A stretch of 64,000 bases of DNA, taken from contig NIVC01003341.1 in NCBI GenBank assembly GCA_002269645.1, positions 39,274 to 103,273 on the forward strand, written 5' to 3'. The notes under the pieces were generated by a model, which had not been told where the DNA came from, did not search any database, and worked only from the letters and a program-made list of their open reading frames with translations. Below, piece by piece: positions 46,863 to 64,000 of this stretch. This DNA comes from Macrostomum lignano (taxonomy: Eukaryota). A program made the position numbers and the translations under genes. Every line of letters begins with the position of its first letter. Position 1 is the first letter of the stretch.

Positions 46863-47174
46863 TAGAGATGTTCCGAAAGATCTGCAGTTTTGTCGAAATC
46901 AAAATTCGCTAACTTTCCAAAATCAAAATTGAAATTTCCCGAAATCATAATTCAGAAAAACAAAGTTTAGTATGATCAACACTCACTTTTTTACTTTCAA
47001 TTTACTGCTTAAGCAAAAAGTAATACATGTATATGTAGTAGAAAGTAGTTTATTTTTAGCGACTTTTTAGACACTACCAAAATTTTCACTTCTAAATTTT
47101 ATTTCGAAATTGAAATTCGCTCTAAAAAATTTCAAATTTTGGAAAATTGAAATTGAATTTTCGGAACATCTCTA
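46863..47174. mobile_element. 312-bp hAT-like MITE
   Basis: TIR TAGAGATGTTCCGAAA / TTTCGGAACATCTCTA with (C/T)GAAAT subterminal repeats. The TSD is degenerate. Confidence 0.75.
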
Positions 47175-49185
47175 AGCTTAATTAATTACGAGTGTATAAG
47201 CCCCTTCAACAGAGGTATTATACCCATTTCTATATGTATGTATTTGCTAGAGCAGCAGCCAGTAAGATAAGGCAGCGTGCGCAGGCGCTGCGCCTGTGCG
47301 CGCGCTGCGCTTTAGAAAAATTTCAAAAGTGCGCCGGACACCGTCTGCAGTTTTACAACTTTTTCCTATAGGGCTAAGGCCTATAGCTAGCCTAATAAAG
47401 CAAAAATAATAGATACATAAATAGTATAACAAAAAGAAGCAATAGCATAAGCAAGCAAATATAGTATAGTGGTGGCCACAATGATGTTCATTAACATTGT
47501 AGATATTCGTAGGCCTAATAAGATTATATTTGTATGATAGTGTCAACTTTGAAATTTTGTTTTCTATAAGCCTATTTCTTAGATATTTGCATTCATACAT
47601 GCGTAATAGTTGGCTGAGTTGACCCATCCAGTTGACCAATTTGGTGGCCAACCAAGGTAAGTCATAAAAATGCCTAGGGCCTACCCAAATAAATATTTAA
47701 CCTTAATAAGACTGTCATAGTTAGGCCCTCTTGCTGTTTATCTAAAGTGTCGTAGGGCTTACTCCTGTCCTCCAATTTTCCCACTAATTACCACCAAGCT
47801 GTGCTAGCGGTTTTCCTGTACAATACAAAATCCACTGGTACTAAGTTGTTCTAGGGTTATTTCTTCTTATTAATCTTACTGATTGTTATTTGTCTTTTAC
47901 TAGTAGCACATGTACTTCTATTGGTAGCGTTTGTACTTCTATTGGTAGTGTCTGTACTTCTATTGTACTTTCTGGCCTGAGCGGTCTTTTAGGCACTATT
48001 TATCCTATCCCTATATTCCTCTAAAGATATTATTCTCAGTCCTGGGCGTTCCCGGGATCAGAGGGTCACAGTGCACTTTGCTGGGTATTCTGCCCTGAGG
48101 CGGGTTTCTCAGACTCTGAGTCTGGACTTCTCTACCCTGTGGTAGGATTTCTGCCTTTCTATAGGCGGGTTACAAGACTCCTAAGTCTAGGGTTTCTCAG
48201 ATTCTAGATCTGGTTATCTCGTTCTCTGAGAATGGATTTAACTCCCAATCTTGGGGCAATTCCTATATTACTATCTAATACTACTCGAAATAAGTAACAC
48301 AAGCGAATACAAGCTCAAGGCTGATAGAATTTCTTCTCAACTGAGAATTGCTTATTGTTCAACGAGGAACAGACGAGAGCAAGATGGTTTGCTAGGCTCT
48401 CAAATGGCCTCTATTTATAGTATAATTTTTCCTGTCATTTCAAACAAAAAGTAATATAAAGAATATAGAAAATATACAAAGTATACAAAATATTCGTGTA
48501 GTAAAACAAAATAATAGCTTTTTTGAATTTATACCTTTTCTAAGAAATGTAAACTACTAAAAGAAGAAGGCCTATTACAAAAGCTACATTATTTTTGCTC
48601 TAGGGTTTCTTATCTTTTATATTTGGCCAAAAACTAGTCGCATTTATTGTAAAAACTAAGTTGCATAGCCAACCAAATTTTAGAGGTTGCACATATATGG
48701 TTGCGCATATAACTATAGGCCTACTTCAATTTATATTTTATCTATTTTATTTAACCTTTTTAGGGCCTAATACTTAAAGTTACTCTTCTTATTTCTATTA
48801 AATTAAATTAGGCGTATGCACACATCTTTTTAGACTATTTGATAAACTGACCAAAGGACTATATGTAATAAGAGTATAATTTCAAAAAGTAAAATACTGT
48901 GTCTATGCATAAAGCTAAGATATACATGCACAACCTTGAGAATCACTCAGCTATTTCTATTGGCAACACATACACATGTAAGTCCCTATTAGCCAAGAGC
49001 AGTCATAAGATGACTATTCTATTCAATAGTGACTTACATGTGTGTGTGTTGCCATTAGAAATGGCCAAAAAGTTTGAATATCAATGTTGGAATAAACTAG
49101 AGCATGCCTGCTATATTTTGGTTAGTTTCTTATCACCATAGGTCTAATTTAAATGTGTATGAATAACAAATATGACTAGGCCTAC

Positions 49186-49928
49186 TAGTGATAGATTGAT
49201 ATTATTTTTCAAATCAAAATTGAAATAAAATTTTTTGGTTCCTTAAAATTGAAATCAAAATTGAAATCAAAATTGAAATTAAAATTTTTTAAGCTTAACA
49301 AATTTTTACTTTTTCGCTAATCATGCAAAAAGGTTAACACCTTGCCTCTGCATGTATAAGCTTACATGTTTTATAAAAAGTATCTTTGATATGTTTAAAC
49401 CAGAATACTTAAGATTTAACTTACTTTAAAAATACAAAATAGAAAATGCTAGTGTATTATGTATTATACACTTGTACATAGAAATATAGTAGAAGTTGTA
49501 TTATACTTCACCGCTGTTTAAGCTGAAGATCTAGATATGAGTAGCCTATATCCATTTCATTAAGGCTTTAAGTCTTTAGCCAATTATAATCCATGTCGAT
49601 GAGTTCAGCCAGTGGGCTTGTGGAGGTTGAGGTGGTTGCAGCACAAGGTCTAGAACAGTGTGTGCCCCACACAATCTTTTCTTGTAGAAAAAATGATTCT
49701 CACCTCCCCACTGAGTCTTTGAACTGCGCTTTCTTTCACTTCCTATAGATTTTCTTACTTGTGTAGCATGATCACAATGTCTAAATTGTTAAAATATTAA
49801 CCAAAATTTCAAAATGATTTTCGATGAATAGTGTCAAAATTCAAAATAGAAATCGAAATTATTTGGATGCAAAATTAGTTTCAAAATTTGGAATATCGAA
49901 ATCAAAATCGAATTTCGATCCATCACTA
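49186..49928. mobile_element. 743-bp hAT-like MITE
   Basis: TIR TAGTGATAGATTGA / TCGATCCATCACTA (12/14). Perfect 8-bp TSD AGGCCTAC at 49178-49185 and 49929-49936. Confidence 0.85.
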
Positions 49929-50708
49929 AGGCCTACTATCTATTTATTTACAGAATCTAGATATAGCTAGGCCTATAATAGCACTAAAGTTACTTTTTTT
50001 GGGTTATCTTTAAAATGCTATTGCTAAACTATTATTGACTATATATAAGATATATAGAAGTTTTTATCTGTTTTCTGTTTTATTTTTCATTTGCTTAATT
50101 ACAAGAAGCATTAATGCTACAGATAGTACATTGGGATTTCTTGCTATTGGTTATTGCAGTTGAAAGAATGCAGTTATAGATAAATAGTTAACACTTTAGC
50201 CCCCACAATCTGAACCACTATGTGCATGTGGCATCAAAACTCTGTTGCTTGAGTCCCCAAACCCAGGGATTTAAAAGCTCCCCTCACAAAAGCTTAAAAA
50301 TGGGCAACATTCATTTATTCCTTTAAAGTTTTTTACTGCTTTACCTTAGCCCAAATAAAAAATGGCTCCAGTGGTCTTTCAGGTCTCAAGTCTCCTAAGT
50401 TACTCAGTGACCTAGATGTGCGAATTAGGTGTGGGATTGTTATTATTTCTATCTAAAAACCTCCATATCCACAACTTCTCATTGCTGTATCCATCTCTAC
50501 TTTTTTCTAAGCTGGATAGCATTTTTTCTAGTTCTATCATTTCTGCTATATAAACTTAATATTCATTGTTAAATTTAAGTAAACTGTAGTCATGGAGTCT
50601 GCAGACTTTAGCATATTTGTCTTAGTGACTCTTAAAAATCTGACATTAATATTCTACTTTGAGCACACTTCAACACTTCTCAACAACTATGTCTGACTGC
50701 TTTCATTC

Positions 50709-52254
50709 ATGCATAGAAAAGTCCTGCAACCCACGCAGCAGCTGCATCAAAAGCAGCAGCAGCAGATCCAGTCACCATCATCGCCATCCTTGGTGACACC
50801 AGAGGGCACTCCAGCTGACATCGAGACGGTCATCCGAGACTCTCTTCAACGTGATGGCGCCGAGCAGCTGAAACGGCGTTTTCTTGCCGCCGCCTCCTCC
50901 CGGGATTCTTCATCATCGGTCTCAGAGGCTGCGGGGCGGAAAGCCGCCATGGAGGAGTTGCTGTCGTGCGCCAGAGACACCGTTCTGCCTGCTCACGCCG
51001 CAGCGCGCGCTGCTTTGGCGCGCGGCCACGCTAGATTGCGCGCTAAACGCGACAATTTGCAGCGCAGAGCTGACGAGGTCCATAAACAGTTGGACGCGAT
51101 GAGGCAGGAGGGAAAACTCGTTCAGTTGGTGAGTGGGATTATAGATGCGCTTTTTGCGATCTCACAGTTTAGAATCGGGATCTCACAGTTTAGAATCGGG
51201 ATCTCACAGTGTAGAATCGGGATCTCACAGTTTAGATTTGGGATCTCACAGTTTAGAATCGGGATCTCACAGTTTAGATTTGGGATCTCACAGTTTAGAA
51301 TCGGGATCTCACAGTTCAGAATCGGGATCTCACAGTTCAGAATCGGGATCTCACAGTTTAGAATCGGGGATCTCACAGTTTAGAATCGGGATCTCACAGT
51401 TTAGAATCGGGATCTCACAGTGTAGAATCGGGGATCTCACAGTTTAGAATCGGGATCTCACAGTTTAGAATCGGGATCTCACAGTTTAGAATCGGGATCT
51501 CACAGTTTAGAATCGGGATCTCACAGTTTAGAATCGGGATCTCACAGTTTAGAATCGGGATCTCACAGTTTAGAATCGGGATCTCACAGTTTAGAATCGG
51601 GATCTCACAGTTTAGATTTGGGATCTCACAGTTTAGAATCGGGATCTCACAGTTTAGATTTGGGATCTCACAGTTTAGAATCGGGATCTCACAGTTCAGA
51701 ATCGGGATCTCACAGTTCAGAATCGGGATCTCACAGTTCAGAATCGGGATCTCACAGTTTAGAATCGGGATCTCACAGTTTAGATTTGGGATCTCACAGT
51801 TCAGAATCGAGAATCCCCATGCTGATCGCAGGCGGACCGCCTGGATGCAATATCCAGCACAGCGGAGTCGCATGCTGCCCGTCTGTCAGCCGTGTCGCGC
51901 CGGCTGGGTGAGCGGCAGCTGTGCCTGACGCGGGAGGAGCAGGCCGCCCTGGGCGAGTTGCAGTCGCTGAAGTCCAACCGGCTGGCTTCGCTGTCAACTT
52001 TTATGGCTTCGGCTCAACGAAAGTGCCAAGCACTGGCTGCGTTGGCTGCTGAAGCCGAGGCTTCTTCTAGCAGACAGCAGCAGAAGCAGCTGTCTTCCAC
52101 TGCTCAGGCTGGTTCGTCTCCATCATCATCGTCCAGCAGCTGCGTGCTGTCGCCGAAGCAATACAACGGATTGACTGGCGCTTTGAAAGACGAGGCAGGT
52201 CGAATTGAAGGCCTGGTGCAAAGGGCCAAAACTCTGGAGGAGTGTCTGGACTGA
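50709..52254 (+). CDS. NUP88: Nup88-like protein, C-terminal coiled-coil half only (2 exons, 280 aa from the first ATG); upstream beta-propeller exons not found
   Basis: Exons 50709-51128 (donor GTGAGT) and 51832-52254 join in phase 0. The pattern IETVIRDSLQR...LADRLD...LTREEQAALGELQSL...VLSPKQYNGLTGALKDEAGRIEGLVQRAKTL follows the Nup88 C-terminus as recognised by eye. A possible acceptor at 50716 suggests an internal exon. Confidence 0.6.
51158..51810. repeat. 21-bp minisatellite (TCTCACAGTTTAGAATCGGGA)n in the Nup88-like intron
   Basis: Directly visible. Confidence 0.96.
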
Positions 52255-52614
52255 TTTTCTTTTTAATTTAATTATCAATAGCATTTATTACCCGCCAAAA
52301 ATGAGGCAGATGTCATAAGATTCACTTACAGTGTCAGAATGTCACAATCCAATCAATTGGATTGAATCCAGTGTCAGAATTATAGACTATAAAACCTGGT
52401 ATTCAGATTGAGCCACTATGAAGGTTGCTAACAGTAGTATGAATAGTGTATCGTAATTTATCAATAGTCACTATTTAAAAGTATTTTCATATCCCGTCAA
52501 CTGTCTACTTATAGTAGAAATGTAAGCTATTGAATGTTAAATAAATTAAAGTAATTATGAAGTACTTTGTTGGGAGGTATGCAATTCCCTATTCCACTCT
52601 AACATACTATTTAA

Positions 52615-53494
52615 CAGTGTTGGGCACCAGTCCGTTAATAAGCGTTAATCCGTTAATAAGCGTTAATAAGCGTTAAGATTTTTCATTAACGTTAACGGAC
52701 TGTCGTTAAGATTTTTTTGAACTAACGGATTAACGAATTTGCGTTAAAAATTTTGTAAATTAACGATAAATTCATCGTTATCGGTAGTGTCTATGTCAAT
52801 GACCAAAGACGCAAAGAAGGAACGAAAAATAGAAGTCTTACAAGAAGTTTAAACATTACGAACGTATTTGGGCTTACCTGTATGCCTAAATATAATCTCT
52901 TTATTTATGACGATGATCATACAGACGTACATGTAATTAACAACTTCTTACAAATAAACTTTAAAATAATGAATTAAAATAGTGTGAAACTTTATTTCTT
53001 GCGCATGAGCATCGATCGCTTTGATTCACTTCTGTCCCAATCTTTCGCAACTTTCTGCTGCGCCTGCTAATGGTACTGAAACAACCTTCCTATGCGTATT
53101 TAATTATGAATTTCTCGTTATTAGCTTTTAAGTTTCAAATAAAATAAGTTACTTTTTACCATATGCTTTACTTTTAGTAGTATTATGCATGCAAGTTTTT
53201 AAAATGATTATTTATTACTTTTTTAGCTTTCAAATCGCTTAGATGACCTCTGTGTTTCGCTAAAAAGATGGAATAGCAAAGACTTGCATTACGAAGTCTG
53301 TTTTGGAGAAAACCATTTGAAAACGTGCAAGATTTCCGTATTTTCTGTGTTAACTTTAACGGATTAACGCTTATTAACGATTATCAGTTAACTTAACGAA
53401 ATTAGGATTTAAAAAGTTAAGATTTTTTTGTTTTAACGCTAACGCTTTTGCTATTAACGGAAGTTAAGATTTTCATTAACGGTGCCCAACACTG
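52615..53494. mobile_element. 880-bp hAT-type non-autonomous element
   Basis: Perfect 14-bp TIR CAGTGTTGGGCACC / GGTGCCCAACACTG. Perfect 8-bp TSD CTATTTAA. CGTTAA/TTAACG subterminal repeats. Confidence 0.93.
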
Positions 53495-53789
53495 CTATTT
53501 AATATTTGTAATGATTTTTATTGCAAGACGTGCCTAGTAATTTTAATTATTCATTTCATATACGCTCGTATATGAAGTTAATCTACAGTTGTATTAATTC
53601 TCGTTATAAGGCCCATTGTTCTAATAAAGTTTTTGCACTTCTTTTAACTATTTGTACTTTTGTTCATTCGGAATGTTTTTTTCTATTTCCTGTAAAATGA
53701 AGTTTGTTGTTGCATCTGCCGTGTGAGCCTTTGAAATGCAACAATAAGTCGTTATCAGTCTTCAAAATCATTTTTTTAATAAAAACCCT

Positions 53790-54300
53790 GTGAGATTATC
53801 GGGGTCTCCTATTCCCAGATAAGATTATCGGGCTCTCTATTTCCAGGTGATATTATCGGGGTCTCCTATTCCCAGGTGAGATTATCGGGGTCTCCTATTC
53901 CCAGGTGAGATTATCGGGATCTCCTATTCCCAGGTGAGATTATCGGGGTCTCCTATTCCCAGGTGAGATTATCGGGGTCTCCTATTCCCAGGTGAGATTA
54001 TCGGGGTCTCCTATTCCCAGGTGAGATTATCGGGGTCTCCTATTCCCAGGTGAGATTATCGGGGTCTCCTATTCCCAGATAAGATTATCGGGCTCTCTAT
54101 TTCCAGGTGAGATTATCGGGGTCTCCTATTCCCAGATGAAACTATTGGAGTCTACTCCCAGGTGAGATTATCAGGGTCTCATTCCCAGATAAGATTATCG
54201 GGCTCTCTATTCTTAGGTGAGATTATCGGGGTCTCCTATTCCCAGATCAGACTATCAAGGTCTCCTTGATGAGACTATTGGGCTGTACTCACAGGTGAGA
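53790..54300. repeat. 29-bp minisatellite (GAGATTATCGGGGTCTCCTATTCCCAGGT)n
   Basis: Directly visible. Most units contain CCCAG|GTGAGA. Confidence 0.95.
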
Positions 54301-54360
54301 AGTGTTTTAAATTTAAATATCCAATAATTCGCAGATATTTTAATTTCATCCTTCTGCCAG

Positions 54361-54995
54361 CCAGACGACCCAATAAACCAATCAATGCGAGGCCGCCAAA
54401 GCGACCTCAGCCGTTGGGTTCCTCATCCGCTTCCGCTTCATCCGCTTCCGCTTCCTCCGAGGAACCGCAGCTGGTAGGCGATGAGCAGCAGCAGCAATCG
54501 GCAGACGAGTACAATTACGAATTGGAGTTGTCCTGGTGCCTCGAACGGTTGAGACTCACGGCCGCTAATCGGATGGAGAAGCAGAGAAGCTCGGGGAGTG
54601 CCAGCGGCGGTGGCACGCCGAGACGTCAGCTGGAGTCTGAGCTGGCCGCAATTCGCGTGCTCAGCAGCGCCGGTGCCAGCAAGCTGCAGAAGCGGCAGGC
54701 AATGCGCCAGCATCTGGGCGACTATCGAGCCAAGATGCGAGCAGAGTTGGCCCGTCAGCAGCACGCGTCCGCAGTCAGTCGGCCAGGCACACCTGCTGGA
54801 CACGCGGTTCGAACCTGCGTCCTCTCTGAGGCGTCTAATTCAACTGACGAGCAGCAGAGCGACCAGATTGCCGCAGAGTCAGCTGTTGAGAAACCCGCTA
54901 AGAAATTGTTTGATTTCCGATTTAACTTTGATGTGCCGGATAGTGCTGATGGAACAAGTGCGGAATGTACAACTGCGGCTAATGGGGACAAGTAG
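54361..54995 (+). CDS. C8orf33: UPF0488/C8orf33-like (DUF4615) protein, terminal exon; start exon not identified
   Basis: Motifs ELELSWCLERL, AAIRVLSS, KRQAMRQHLGDYRAKMRAE and FRFNF match the family as recognised by eye. There is a polypyrimidine-AG acceptor at 54360 and no in-frame ATG near the ORF start. Confidence 0.8.
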
Positions 54996-55184
54996 TCTGA
55001 TTGGGTCTTTTTCGGTGTTTTTTAATCCCTTCCAGTGCATTCTTATTGCTAGCTGAATTTTATTGATCTTTTTGTGTCAATATAGTACTAGCTAGCCGAC
55101 TCTTTGAAGTATAAATATATATGTATTTGTCAAACGTTTATTATCTCAATTGATTTCATTGTGTAAAATTCAGGACATTCGGGA

Positions 55185-55290
55185 CTGGGGCTTTGTGTTT
55201 GATTTACCTCCCGCACGACATGCGCTGTACACCCAGTGTGAGCGTGTGTATGAGTATGTATGTACTCAGGAGTACATAAGGACGTAGACA
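55185..55290 (+). mobile_element. SINE family 2-related fragment
   Basis: GCGCTGTACACCCAGTGTGAGCGTGTG core similarity only. Confidence 0.45.
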
Positions 55291-55906
55291 AGATGTTAAT
55301 ACATACGCTTTGTACAGCGGTTCACCATTGTCGCGGTTTTAACTGCAACATCTTGATCCTATGCTCCTACATGTAGCTAACATCGCAGCTTTCTCCTTTG
55401 TTTCTTTCCAAGTCTAAGCCAGATTGGGATTTTCATTCCTCCGAGAGCTCTCTTGAGCTCAAGCGTCTATTTTTTGTTCCTGTTAAAGTACAGGATAAAA
55501 AGCTGTCGACGGTTAATCCCTAAGATTGTATAAATTCTGACAGTTACGAGGGATGCCTGATGCGTGCGTGCGGGAAGGATATAATTTATTGCTATACAAG
55601 TTCTCATACTTACCATGGAAGCATAAATACAATCGAGAGGACTGAGCGCTCTTCTCCCTACAGCTCAAATTCATGTGTACAATTGCGATATAGCTGCTAC
55701 GCTCTCTGCATGTTGACTTGCTATTGAAGCTATTGCATGTTCACTGGCTGTCCGTGAGTGCCTCTCATTGGCCGGGCTTATGATCCTACATAGAGCTTTT
55801 TTATTCTATTTCTCTCCCTCTCCCTCGACCAGGCTGCTGTTACAAGAGCTGGCTACTATAAGAGCTGTTCAGCTAACATACCTGCCTGGCTACAACTGCA
55901 TCCAGA

Positions 55907-62142
<6,236 letters not shown>

Positions 62143-62249
62143 TGACAGTGCAGCATTCTGCTATTCATACAGATTACCATGTTATATGCTCTATTTGAGC
62201 TGGCTTGTTGTATTGCTTCAACATGTAGTTCATGCTACATGCATGGTTT

Positions 62250-62495
62250 TGAGGTCTGGGTGCTCGGGTTTTGAGTCTGGGGTGCTCGGGTTTAAAGTCT
62301 GGGGTGCTCGGGCTTTGAGTCTGGGGTGCTCGGGCTTAAAGTCTGGGGTGCTCGGGTTTTGAGTCTGGGGTGCTCGGTTTTGAGTCAGGGGTGCTCGGGT
62401 TTAAAGTCAGGGGTGCTCGGGTTTTAAGTCTGGGGTGCTTGGGTTTTGAGTCTGGGGTGCTCGGGTTTTGAGTCTGGGGTGCTTGGGTTTTGAGG
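62250..62495. repeat. 22-bp minisatellite (GGGGTGCTCGGGTTTTGAGTCT)n downstream of the ENaC stop
   Basis: Directly visible. Confidence 0.92.
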
Positions 62496-63379
62496 TGTGG
62501 AATGTTCAGATGGTGAAATGTCAAGGGTTTTTCGATGCAGTTAATTATATTTTTCACTTCTTGCCTTCTTTTTCTGTCTTATTTGTTATTCATTGCGCTT
62601 ATTCAAGGGAATAACTGTCAATGTAATGTAAATAAAATATAACTTTTAACTTGTTATCATATTAATCATATTCATATTCCCAAGTCATTCAAGTAAGTTT
62701 CTTAGCATGAATTGGTTATGTCCTAGAGTCAATGCCTGTGTTCATGCCTGGGTGGCATGATGCACTTGATCTAAAAAGTGTCAAAGCTTTTTTAAACAAG
62801 ATTATTTGTCACTGATAAGAAATGCAGCTGTTGGCTCTGAACTTATCACGCCACTGCCTCATGCTGATTAGAGAATTGATTGACAAGGTCAACCTTTGTT
62901 GTTCGCCATGTTATTTAGCCGCTTAAAAAATAGCGGTTGTCAGTCATTGTTGCAATCTTGACAAAACATGGCTAGCTTTTTCCGCTATCTCTGAACCGAG
63001 TGGCTCATTTAGTTTTTTTAATGCGAATATTTTTTCTCTGCGCAGCTGAGACCGCCTTCATTGTAGAAGTTCATCGAGTAGTGTGATAACGCACTGGTAT
63101 AAAATACTGGCAGCCAACGCCGCTATAAAATCCAGTCCCCTGGTCCCAGACAGCGGAAGACTAAACAACTGCTTTACGGCTTGCCTGTTTGTAAAATATT
63201 TCTGCTTTTGTACTTTGCACTTCCAGGTGAGTAGTAGGAAACTGCTTCTCTTCTGAGCATTTTAATACTGGCATTGATGCACTTTGTAGACAGTTATACA
63301 GAAATGTCTCCTTGTCATGTACCTGGAGATTTCTGATTGCTTGTTTTGCCTGCAATCCCCTCCCTGAAATCTCTCACCC

Positions 63380-64000
63380 TTTCATCCGTCTCCCTTCAAT
63401 CAGTCTCCCTTCAATCCGTCTCCCTTCAATCCGTCTCCCTTCAATCCGTCTCCCTTCAATCCGTCTCCCTTCAATCCGTCTCCCTTCAATCCGTCTCCCT
63501 TCAATCCGTCTCCCTTCAATCCGTCTCCCTTCAATCCGTCTCCCTTCAATCCGTCTCCTTCAATCCGTCTCCCTTCAATCCGTCTCCCTTCAATCCGTCT
63601 CCCTTCAATCCGTCTCCCTTCAATCCGTCTCCCTTCAATCCGTCTCCCTTCAATCCGTCTCCCTTCAATCCGTCTCCTTCAATCCGTCTCCCTTCAATCC
63701 GTCTCCCTTCAATCGTCTCCCTTCAATCGTCTCCCTTCAATCCGTCTCCCTTCAATCCGTCTCCCTTCAATCGTCTCCCTTCAATCCGTCTCCCTTCAAT
63801 CCGTCTCCCTTCAATCCGTCTCCCTTCAATCCGTCTCCTTCAATCCGTCTCCCTTCAATCGTCTCCCTTCAATCCGTCTCCCTTCAATCCGTCTCCTTCA
63901 ATCGTCTCCCTTCAATCCGTCTCCCTTCAATCCGTCTCCCTTCAATCCGTCTCCCTTCAATCCGTCTCCCTTCAATCCGTCTCCCTTCAATCCGTCTCCC
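63380..64000. repeat. 15-bp satellite (TCAATCCGTCTCCCT)n running off the window end
   Basis: Directly visible. Confidence 0.97.

Noticed and set aside
47750-48430. Decayed LTR retrotransposon (TATA-like CTATAAATAG on the minus strand, possible gag relic)
   Set aside because: It is suggestive only. I found no second LTR, PBS or recognisable protein motif.
62990-63355. Terminal exon of a minus-strand gene entering from beyond the window
   Set aside because: The frames are short, with no recognisable motif and only a weak acceptor.

Overview
Eukaryotic (animal) genomic DNA with GC-rich exons, GT-AG introns and a very heavy load of mini- and microsatellites. This style fits a free-living flatworm such as Macrostomum, but that is inference. 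Reading the minus strand by hand recovers two tandem multi-exon paralogues that the ORF track shows only as scraps: gene A (19231->11576, 12 exons, 613 aa) and gene B (10285->4445, at least 13 exons, at least 626 codons). Both encode type I membrane proteins with a signal peptide, a possible discoidin-like N-terminal domain, about three Ig-like domains, a TM helix and a cytoplasmic tail; gene B also has an FN3-like domain. The two are strongly diverged except for a near-identical tract over exons 2-3 and their VNTR intron. A second tandem pair of intronless PAN/apple + C-type lectin genes (30278-31048, 34026-34796) shows the same patchwork: near-identical 5' two-thirds and a divergent sugar-binding end. 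Other genes are an ISOC1/2-type isochorismatase (3 exons), a Nup88-like C-terminal half, a C8orf33/UPF0488-like exon and a 6-exon DEG/ENaC channel. Mobile DNA includes two tRNA-derived SINE families, several non-autonomous TIR elements with 8-bp TSDs, an RT-deleted non-LTR element and a decayed mariner. One TIR element carries a 28S rRNA fragment in which only the R2/I-PpoI target site is scrambled. The region 36-50.6 kb is AT-rich, gene-poor and shows CpG decay. All gene models are manual (splice consensus, phase continuity, paralogue agreement) and were not checked against databases or RNA data.
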